Assembly: GCA_951406725.2 (NCBI GenBank)
Contig: OX597815.1
Location: 4,216,001-4,280,000, forward strand
Direction of reading: 5' to 3'
Length of the DNA stretch: 64,000 bases
Source of the DNA: Octopus vulgaris
Taxonomy: Eukaryota
Under the pieces are notes generated by a model, which was given only the letters and a program-made list of their open reading frames with translations, did no database searches and was not told where the DNA came from. Shown piece after piece: positions 54,218 to 64,000 of this stretch. The position numbers were made by a program, and so were the translations under genes. The first letter of the stretch is position 1. The number at the start of each line of letters is the position of its first letter.

Positions 54218-54348
54218 ATATAATATGTGACGATTATTCGGTAGCCGAGTTTCAGATGTCGGGGCGGAAATCCACGTCGGCATCTCTTCATTTATCGGGC
54301 CAGTTATCGGGGTTTATCATGGCTACCAAATAACTGTCACATATTATA
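54218..54348. mobile_element. Small foldback element
   Basis: taatatgtgac..ttatt.ggtagcc / ggctacc.aataa..gtcacatatta. Confidence 0.6.
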
Positions 54349-54451
54349 TTTACAGATAAATTCCTCAATTTACATAATATCGAGGTCTCTTTCATTCCTT
54401 TGTTGTCTTACCATTTCTATCAATATATATATAAATATATATATATATTAT

Positions 54452-54811
54452 TCTTTTACTTGTTTCAGTCATTTGACTGCGGCCATACTGGATCACCGCC
54501 TTTAGTCGAGCAGATCGACCCCAGGACTTATTCCCTCGTATTTCTTCTTTTGCCGAATCGCTAAGTTTCGGAGACGTAAACACACCAGCATCGGTTATCA
54601 AATGATATTGGAGTGGGGGAACAAACACACACACACACATGCATATATATATATATATATATACGACGGGCTTCTTTCAGTTTCCATCTACCAAATCCAC
54701 TCACAAGGCTTTGGTCGGCCCAAGGCTACTGTAGAAGACACTTGCTTATGGTGCCACGCAGTGGGACTGAACCGTGGTTGGTAAGCAAGCTACTTACCAC
54801 ACAGCCACTCC
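54452..54811 (-). mobile_element. SINE family A
   Basis: Head and tail motifs match the family. Confidence 0.85.
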
Positions 54812-56216
54812 TATATATAATACGCACACACACATATGTGTGTGTGTGTATATGTGAACTTACAAATGCAAGTGACTATACTCTATATATGTGAGTGTCC
54901 AAAGCAGAGTGCTGGCAGAGTCGTTTAGAAGCCGGGCAAAGTGTTTAAGCGCTATTTCTTTCAGCTCTTCAGGTCTCAAGTTCAAATTCCGTCGCAGTTG
55001 ATTTTGTTTTTCATCGTTTTGGGTTCGATGAAATCAGTACCAGCTGTGCGCTGGGGTCGATGTAATCGACTTAGCGCTTCCTCCGACTTTGCTCACAATT
55101 TGAAACCGATACATTATCTGTTTATAGATTGGGAAGCAGCTGCTGGTTTCACTGCGTGGCTCCTACTCTGAGCTTTACATCGTGTGATCCTGCAGGCCAT
55201 GTTTAAATATGTACACACACACACACACACACACACATACAACTGTTCGTTGTCGATTTGTGATATACGCCCTCACTCAATCACGCACGTACACACACAC
55301 ACACACCCACTTTTGTGTGTGTGTATGTGTGTGTGTGTGTGTGTGTATGTGTGTGTGTGTGTGTGTACGTGTGTTAACAATGTTATTGTCCATCTGGTTT
55401 GTAATTTTAACTTTCAACAAGTCTGTGCTTTCTCTCTTCAGACACTGCATACGTTCACACACATCCACACGTTAATATCACACACAATTGTTCAGATTTG
55501 AGAATATATATAAATATTTATATACATACATACATATACACATGCATACATACACATGCATACATACACACATACATACACACATGCATACATACACACA
55601 TACATACACACATGCATACATATACATACACACATACATACACACATACATACATACGTACACACATACACACACATACATACATATGTGTATGTATGTA
55701 TGTATATATATGTGTATGTATGTATATATGTATATATATGTGTGTATATATATATGCACACGCGCACACGCCTCCTCACATATATATATATCTGTTGGGT
55801 GGAAGCGTACTGGCGTGAATCTTCAGTAAACACTTTTGAGACTCGCCATGAAAAGTACACACCGTTTAACCTCTCTACCTTTTAGCCTAGAACAGCCGTG
55901 TATATATATATATATATATATATATAAAGAAAAAAAAAATATATATGTATATGAGAGAGGAGGTACAAAGGTATTTCTTATCTTCCTGTGTATCTTTATG
56001 GTGCAGACGCCGAGTGCCCGATACAGTTTTGTAGAGCTAATGCCGGGTGCAACTATCTCCATATAAAATGTATTGACAGACATAAATATTGATAACAAAA
56101 TAAATATCTATCCCCCCCCCACTAAATATGCATGTTAGCGTGTATAGATATATATATATATACCTATATGCATGCTTATGTGTGTACGTATCTGTAATAT
56201 ATGTGTATTTATATAT

Positions 56217-56263
<47 letters not shown>

Positions 56264-57184
56264 GAAGTGTGTGTGTTTGTTTAATTATATATATACTTCT
56301 ATAGATGTCTATGTATATGTGTGTACAGCTGTATGTATGCATGTACACACACACACGCACTAAATTTTCGCAGACATATTCTCAGGACGTAGACTATTAT
56401 TGGCGTAATCTATTTAAATGCCTTATTGTTATTGCAAGGAATCGCGCGCTCACACATACACACACACTTTCCCCCTCCCTTCACCCTCTCTCTGTTAGAG
56501 GTCATAAACGAAACACATATGACAAATGAATATGTTTATATATAACATCTAACGATACGGCCAAAGTATTTAAACAGCCTAACAATGAGACAGTTACGTA
56601 TATTCACACTCGTTTAGTAATTTAATTCCTGACGATGAGGCAGTGAAAGTTGATGATTATGACGGATTTAGGATTTAGGGACTTATTTGTCCTGAACGAG
56701 CTATTGGGGTATTGGATGTGAAATGCGAAGAATCCTGAATAATAACCCCCCCCCCCCCAAACAGTAAGACCTCCAACATAGTCGTGTCTGTAATACATAA
56801 TGACATGATGGTTGCCGCTCGATTTCCAGCTGTATATAATGGCTGGATTGTTCTCTTAAGCACAAAGAGAACGGATGTGACTTGACACTCTTGCCGGAGA
56901 CTTACCGGAGACTCTTTTGCACAGGTGTACTAATGACGAATGCCTCTTGCAGCAGGTGTTCAAAGACTTCACCATCCACATTGACGTTTGGCTATCATGG
57001 TGTTTTTTATTGAATGTTTCAGCTCTTTTGGGCCCTGGCCAGCCATAGTATGCAGAACAATAGAGATATTAAAAATCAACGGATGCCCAAGCTCGACGTT
57101 ATTTAAAGTAAAGAAGGGCCTTGCTCAGAGCCAATCCCATTCTCTAAAACAACGTTTGCTCCAAAAAGGCTATTCAAAAAAGCT

Positions 57185-57495
57185 ATCATTCAGGACCAGC
57201 TTCTGCAACATCCTGGGTTTCAAGGGCCCACAGCTTTTTAATATTCTCCCGAAGAGTCTGAGGAACTTGCACAAAGTAAATGTAGGGGTTTTTAAATCAA
57301 AGCTGGACGTCTTCCTGTCGAGAGTCCCAGATGAACCTACCTCACGGTAAGCGGTGCAAATGAGGGTAGCTATATCAAACTCCATTCTTCATCAAGTGCC
57401 ACATATTAGAGGAGGCTCTTAGTAATAACAGTGTAGCACAAAACGGCGGTGCATCAGCATGGCCACAGCTCTGAGCTGAAACTAAAGAAAAAAAA
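57185..57495 (+). pseudogene. CR1/L2-group LINE 3' end with 3' UTR stem-loop
   Basis: FKGPQLFNILPKSLRNL...FKSKLDVFLSRVPDEPT, then ggcggtgcatcagcatggccacagctctgagctgaaac. Confidence 0.75.
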
Positions 57496-58151
57496 ATTGC
57501 ATTTAAACGAAGTCGGTGTTGCACCAGAGTTGCCTTTCTCATAAAGCGATGCCTAAACAAAATTTCGGGTCTCTCACTGTCAGCTATTTGTTGGCCACTG
57601 ACTCTCGGTTCATCTGCGCTTTGACAGGTTTTTATTTTTGTCCTCCAGGCTGTCTTACGAACACCACCCTCCTTACCAAGCGGGTTTGGTAGGGTTGCCA
57701 GTTTAGTTACCTCTGACCCGATTGTGTGACAGGTTGTACTGGGTTACCTGTGGCGCACACATGCGTGCATATACACTGCCATATATGCATATGGGTGTAC
57801 ATAGGAATATATATATATATATATATATGTATATTGGAGCGCGTGTATATGTATATAGGAATGCTCATGCGTCAGGTAAAATGCTTAGCGGCATTTCGTC
57901 CGTCTTTACGTTCTGGCTTCAAATTTCGCCGAGGTCTACTTTGGCTTTCATCCTTTTGGGGTCAATAAATTAAGTGCCGGGGAAACACTGGGGTCGATGT
58001 AATTGACTACACCCCTCCCCCCAAATTTCAGGCCTTGTGCCTTCAGTTGAAAGGATTATTATTATTATTATTTCGCTTAGGCATAGCAATACTAATAACT
58101 TGATGTTAGACCTCAATATGTAATAATAATAATAATAATAATAATAATATG

Positions 58152-58193
<42 letters not shown>

Positions 58194-58339
58194 AAATCAA
58201 TTAAGATTCAAGTCAATTCTAATGAATTCACTTGAATATGGTACTTAACTTAGATGCACCAGAAAACTATATGGTGTTAACCAATACAGTAGTGTGGGGT
58301 GATTATAAACGAGAAAAGAAGCAAAAAGAATGGATTAGT

Positions 58340-58430
58340 TTTTAGTACAATTGTTTCATACAAAGACAGGCTTTATTAAAAGTTGCAAATATTGCAGCAG
58401 ATAAAAGTGTCCCGTACTCATCAGCTAAAA
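58340..58430 (-). ncRNA. Type I hammerhead ribozyme motif (antisense copy)
   Basis: Reverse complement of 58647-58737. Confidence 0.7.
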
Positions 58431-58646
58431 TGCATATGAGTTCTCTAAACATCTTAGTGGGTGAGGCTACACTCATGAAGTCTTGGAGATAATTTCATTA
58501 AAAGCAAATTCAGGTTGTAAACAGACTTCCAAAGTTCTTTAATGATGATGCACAGTCTTATCACAGGTTTTAAAAAAGCTTATTAGTTTCACAGAGAAGT
58601 TTAATCCATCCATAGTGTAGGTGTAAATTTAGAGAACTCATATGTA

Positions 58647-58737
58647 TTTTAGCTGATGAGTACGGGACACTTTTATCTGCTGCAATATTTGCAACTTTTA
58701 ATAAAGCCTGTCTTTGTATGAAACAATTGTACTAAAA
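58647..58737 (+). ncRNA. Type I hammerhead ribozyme motif with palindromic helix III
   Basis: ttttag-CTGATGA-gtac...gtat-GAAA-caattg-TA-ctaaaa. The core is intact, helix I has 6 bp, and cleavage is predicted after 58731. Confidence 0.75.
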
Positions 58738-58766
58738 ACTAATCCATTCTTTTTGCTTCTTTTCTC

Positions 58767-58801
<35 letters not shown>

Positions 58802-59444
58802 TATGTGGGCACAGGACGTCACGAAACGTGTACAACAAAAAAGTACGAAGCACGAGTACATGGAACATGAACTATTCTTTTGAACAACGAAAGACAGAAA
58901 TGGAAAACAAAACAAACAACATAAAAAAAACGACCCTTCATCAGTTGTTGGCTGTTTTACTAGTCTCGTATTTCGAGCATTTAACAACAATTATACGCTT
59001 TCGATAAAACAGTTGCTCCCACAAAGCAAATTGAATAAAATTTGGGATTTTGCGGAGGGTCAAAATAGGTAACACAAACAGGACTGTGAAAACAAACAGG
59101 AAGGGCTGCTAAGCCTAAGCGAGGTTGTGGTGGTGAACGCGTAAATCAAGCTAGGACAAGATACAAACAACGGAGAGAAAGGAAGAAAGATGGCCGTTCG
59201 GAACAAAGCTCTATACAGGCACAAACATACATAACCGTATACATATACTATTTCGTTTTGGGATTTGGTTTGCAAGATTCTTTATGTGAATTCGTGTGTT
59301 GAAGCATATTTTATCTGTTTTTTCTTAAATTTTCATTTCGTAAATGAGTGGAAATCGAACCGGTGTGTGTGTTCAGTAGTAAGGGACTAAAAGAGAACGA
59401 CCCTCCCCAGACACAAAAAAAAAATACAGGTTATAACTAATGTT

Positions 59445-59870
59445 ATTTATTTCTTTATTGCCCACAAGGGACTAAACACAGAGGGGACAAACAAGTACAG
59501 TCAAAGGGATTAAGTCGATTACATCGACCCCAGTGCGTAACTGGTACTTAATTTATCGCTCCTCGAAAGGATGAAAGGCAAAGTCGACCTTGGCGAAATT
59601 TTAACTCAGAACGTAACAGCAGACGAAATACCTATTTCTATTTCTTTACTACCCACAAGGGGCTACACACAGAGGGGACAAACAAGGACAGACAAAGGGA
59701 TTAAGTCGATTACATCGACCCCAGTGCGTAACTGGTACTTATTTAATCGACCCCGAAAGGATGAAAGGCAAAGTCGACCTCGGCAGAATTTGAACTCACC
59801 ACGTAACGGCAGACGAAGTACGGCTACGCATTTCGCCCGGGGTGCTAACCTTTCTGCCAGCTCGCCGCCC
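59445..59870 (-). mobile_element. Dimeric SINE family B
   Basis: Two successive core units. A similar dimer lies on + at 63543-63940. Confidence 0.9.
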
Positions 59871-60017
59871 CTTTTATAACTAATGTTATTGCTTTGTACA
59901 TAGGCTAATATACATAGCTACTATAACTATGAGTGTGTGTATACACACACGTACACATATATACGTATAACTCGCTGTTTCTCCCCACCTCTCTATATAG
60001 CTACATAAATAGGCTAG

Positions 60018-60074
<57 letters not shown>

Positions 60075-60165
60075 TAAGGATAAGATCGATATTTAAATAT
60101 CGATCTTATCAAGTGGCCGTCATGGGAATAAAAACCTTACAAAGGTAAAAATTATTTAGAATTTT

Positions 60166-60532
60166 AAATTAGGGTATCTGAGAGATGCCACCACGCTGAA
60201 ATAGCAGTCAAAACCAGACCCTAAAGCCACCTTAAATGTTCAAATAGCACCAGGAGAGTAGACAGAGAGACAAATTAAACTAGCAAGAAAAATTTTACTG
60301 GATTTTACTCTTTTTGCTGGTATATTTTGTCTCTCTGTCTACTCTCCTGGTGCTATATGAACATTTAGGCGCAGGAGTGGCTGTGTGGTAAGTAGCTTGA
60401 TTACCAACCACATGGTTCCGGGTTCAGTCCCACTGCGTGGCATCTTGGGCAAGTGTCTTCTACTATAGCCCCAGGCCGACCAATGCCTTGTGAGTGGATT
60501 TGGTTGAGGGAAACTGAAAGAAGCCTGTCGTA

Positions 60533-60563
<31 letters not shown>

Positions 60564-60857
60564 GTATTGTGTGTTTGTGTGTCTGTGCTTGTCCCCCTAG
60601 CATTGCTTGACAACCGATGCTGGTGTGTTTACGTCCCCGTCACTTAGCGGTTCGGCAAAAGAGACCGATAGAATAAGTACTGGGCTTACAAAGAATAAGT
60701 CCCGGGGTCGATTTGCTCGACTAAAGGCGGTGCTCCAGCATGGCCGCAGTCAAATGACTGAAACAAGTAAAAGAGTAAAAGAGTATTTAAGGTGGCTTTA
60801 GGGTCTGGTTTTGACTGCTATTTCCAGCGTGGTGGCATCTCTCAGATACCCTAATTT
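60166..60857. mobile_element. Foldback element split by a SINE
   Basis: Left arm 60166-60290. The right arm is in two parts, ~60310-60367 and 60785-60857. Confidence 0.8.
60368..60784 (+). mobile_element. Full-length SINE family A
   Basis: tRNA-like head, CORE-like cttgggcaagtg, internal (TA)/(TG) tract and gtaaaaga repeat tail. Short TSD attta. Confidence 0.92.
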
Positions 60858-61279
60858 TTAGTTTGAAATAAATATAAATATATGTAACAGTAACCTTGTG
60901 ACGACAACATTCGCTACTGCATTTCCACTGTAAGCCATCCACCCGTATTGTCTGACTGGGTAGACCAGCTGATTGTTGCTCCACCATAACATTGTCACGT
61001 GTTTTACACACAACACTCTCCGTACATATTCTTTTTTTTATGTAACTCTCAATTGTAACACATCAAAGCCATTCTGTCCGTTTGTCTCTCACTCTCTTTC
61101 TCTATACTGCGTCTGTCTGTCTACATTCAATCTGCCCTCCTGTCTGTCTGTCGGTCTAACTAGACAGCTCGCCTGCTATCTGTATATGGCTTGCTGACTG
61201 TCAACCTGTCTATCTATATCTATCTGTACATCTATATCACTGTCTAGCTATTTATCTGCCTGACGATATGACCACCTGA

Positions 61280-61815
61280 CTGTCTATCTGTCTGTCTATA
61301 TATCTGTGTGTCTATATATCTGTCTGTGTGTCTATCTCTGTCTATGTGTCTATCTGTCTGTCTATATCTCTGTCTGTGTGTCTATATATCTGTCTGTGTG
61401 TCTATCTATCTGTCTGTCTGTCTATATATCTGTCTGTGTGTCTATCTATCTGTCTATGTGTCTATCTGTCTGTCTATATATCTCTCTATATATCTATCTG
61501 TCTGTGTGTCTATCTATATGTCTGTGTGTCTATCTATCTGTCTGTGTGTCTATCTCTGTCTATGTGTCTATCTGTCTGTCTATATCTCTGTCTGTGTGTC
61601 TATATATCTGTCTGTGTGTCTATCTATCTGTCTGTCTGTCTATATATATGTCTGTGTGTCTATCTATCTGTCTATGTGTCTATCTGTCTGTCTATATATC
61701 TCTCTGTCTGTGTGTCTATCTATATGTCTGTGTGTCTATCTATCTGTCTGTCTATTTATCTGTCTGTCTGGCTGTCTATCTGGCTAGTTGTTTGGTTACT
61801 TATCTGTCTGTCTGT
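61280..61815. repeat. (TCTA/TCTG/TGTG) compound microsatellite
   Basis: Directly visible; it continues at 62213-62510. Confidence 0.95.
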
Positions 61816-62212
61816 GACCGTCGTGCCTTGTCCCGACGAATTCAATTCCACGAAGGCGTTCTGTAGAGGATTAGTGGAGGGGAGGTGCGACGACGTTGTC
61901 GGTGAGAATCTGGGCGTCGACGAGGAACACCTGACCCGACTGTTCAGGACAACTTTCAGGCCGGGACCTATGGACAATCACCAGAGATCCCTGGCCTGGC
62001 AGTGCTATCGGGAAGCATTGCCTGTTCGGGATAAACTCTACAGGCACGGTTCCAGATGCACCGGATTTTTTTTTTTTTTACACGATCCCTTTTGATTGGA
62101 ATTTTCTCTTCCCTTCTTTTTCTGCTTCCTTCCTTTTTCTTTCGAAAATAAAAGCTCTACATTGTATTTTGTCCCTTCTGTGTTCGGTCCTGTGTTGTTA
62201 ATAAAGAAAATT
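61816..62212 (+). pseudogene. L1/Tx1-clade ORF2 C-terminal fragment plus T-rich 3' UTR
   Basis: STKAFCRGL...DNHQRSLAWQCYREALPVRDKLYRHG (zf-RVT-like), followed by a T-rich UTR ending AATAAAGAAAA. Confidence 0.65.
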
Positions 62213-62302
62213 ATCTATCTACCTAGCTATCTATCTGTCTATCTTTCTGTCTATCTTTCTGTCTATCTATCTTTCTGTCTATCTATCTGTCTATCTACCT
62301 AC

Positions 62303-62333
<31 letters not shown>

Positions 62334-62838
62334 CCTATCTACCTATCTATCTACCTATCTATCTACCTATCTATCTATCTATCTTTCTGTCTATCTATCT
62401 ATCTATCTTTCTGTCTATCTATCTATCTATCTTTCTGTCTATCTATCTTTCTGTCTATCTATCTGTCTATCTATCTTTCTGTCTATCTATCTTTCTGTCT
62501 ATCTGTCAGTCTACATGTCACTGTCTTTCTATCTGTCCATGCATTCATTTCCAATTCTCCACGGATACATCACTAACCACAGAGGAAACATTCCTTGCTT
62601 GGAAACAGATGTCGGTTGGCCACAGGAAAGGCATCCACCTACAGAACCGTCTGCACCAATAGACTCCGATCCATGCAACCAGTGAAGAGTGGATATTAAA
62701 ACGACAAAGTATGTGTGTGTGTGTATATAAGTGTATGTGTAATTGTGTGTATGTTGTGTTTGTATGTGTGTGTGTGTTTCTCTCAACAGCTGTAATATTA
62801 ATACATGCCATTTATGCATCGGCACAACAGAGCTATTG

Positions 62839-62877
<39 letters not shown>

Positions 62878-63008
62878 TGTATCCAGCCACATATCAGACA
62901 AGTTTGAATTAATATCGATTCCTCTCATTCTTCTCGAAATCTTCATTTATACAAATTCAATAAAAATTGGCCTACGCTAACACACACACGCACACACACT
63001 TTTATGTG

Positions 63009-63076
<68 letters not shown>

Positions 63077-63159
63077 ACACACACATCCACACGTTTATGT
63101 GTATCTATATCACACACATATACACACGCGCACACTTATGTGTATCTATATCACACACT

Positions 63160-63190
<31 letters not shown>

Positions 63191-63542
63191 TTTTATGTGT
63201 ATCTATATCACACACACACATATACACACATGCTTGCACACACTTTTATGTGTATATATATCACACTCACACACACTTTTATGTGCATATATATATAAGT
63301 CCATGTATTAAAGATATATTGTGAATGCAATAAAAAAAAATACTTTCTTGGGTGGTTGCCACTCTTTGGAGTGGTTGGTGTTAGGAAGGGCACCCAGCTG
63401 TAAAAACCCTGCCAAAACAGATACTAAAGCCTGGTGCAGTCTTCTGCACAGCCAGCTCCTGTCAAACCGTCGAACCCATGCCAGCATAGAAAGCACATTA
63501 AGTGATGATGATGTTAATTGCATATATATTTTATCATCTGTA

Positions 63543-63940
63543 AGGCGGTGAGCTGGCAGAATCATTAGCACACTGGGCGAAATGCTAGCGGTATTTCGTC
63601 TGCCGCTGCGTTCTGAGTTCAAATTCCGCCGAGGTTGACTTTGCCTTTCATCCTTTCGGGGTCGATTAAATAAGTACCAGTTACGCACTGGGGTCAATAT
63701 AATCGACTTAATCCCTTTGTCTGTCCTTGTTTGTCCCCTCTGTGTTTAGCCCCTTATGGGTATAAAGAAATAGGTATTTCATCTGTCTTTACATTCTGAG
63801 TTCAAATTCTGCCGAGGTCAACTTTGCCTTTCATCCTTTTGGGGTCGATAAATTAAGTACCAGTTGCATACTGGGGTCGATCTAATCGACTGACCTCCTC
63901 CTCAAACATTTTGGGTCTTGTGCCTAGAGTAGAAAAGAAT
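63543..63940 (+). mobile_element. Dimeric SINE family B
   Basis: Head ggcggtgagctggcagaa plus two core units. Confidence 0.9.
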
Positions 63941-64000
63941 ATATATCGTTATTTAAAACAGATTATTTTTCGAATGGCATTGTAGGGTAGGTGTGAGAGG

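Larger units (their letters stand above)
58309..58768. mobile_element. Young foldback element (~140 bp nearly identical arms), each arm carrying a hammerhead motif
   Basis: 58309-58449 is the reverse complement of 58628-58768, with about one mismatch seen. Followed by (TA)n. Confidence 0.85.

Noticed and set aside
54240-54295. Minus-strand hammerhead-like atgaaga-gatg..catc-tGAAA
   Set aside because: Position 3 is mismatched, and no NUH or helix I was found.

Overview
AT-rich eukaryotic DNA, almost certainly from a coleoid cephalopod (Octopus-like). This is inferred from the repeat landscape of (TA)n/(CA)n/(TCTA)n microsatellites and abundant tRNA-derived SINEs. No complete protein-coding gene is visible, and nearly all listed ORFs are microsatellite or SINE translations. 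Recognisable content: (1) several SINE families; (2) decayed non-LTR retrotransposon 3' fragments (R4/Dong, HERO, CR1/L2-group, L1/Tx1); (3) a Tc1/mariner fragment, non-autonomous Helitrons and hAT/pogo/Merlin-like MITEs; (4) two SINE-derived tandem arrays, one young and one ancient; (5) an ~860 bp local duplication; (6) two candidate promoter/first-exon modules (~14.3-15.5 kb and ~48.1-48.4 kb), suggesting the window is the 5' end and introns of a large + strand gene. The most interesting signal is a set of foldback elements carrying minimal type I hammerhead ribozyme motifs with a palindromic helix III. One family has a tRNA-like head, 13-17 bp TSDs and a 35-nt asymmetric tail (21.1-21.6 kb and 27.0-27.6 kb), and looks like a SINE mobilised by Penelope-like retroelements. 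All family names come from recalled motifs, not database searches.
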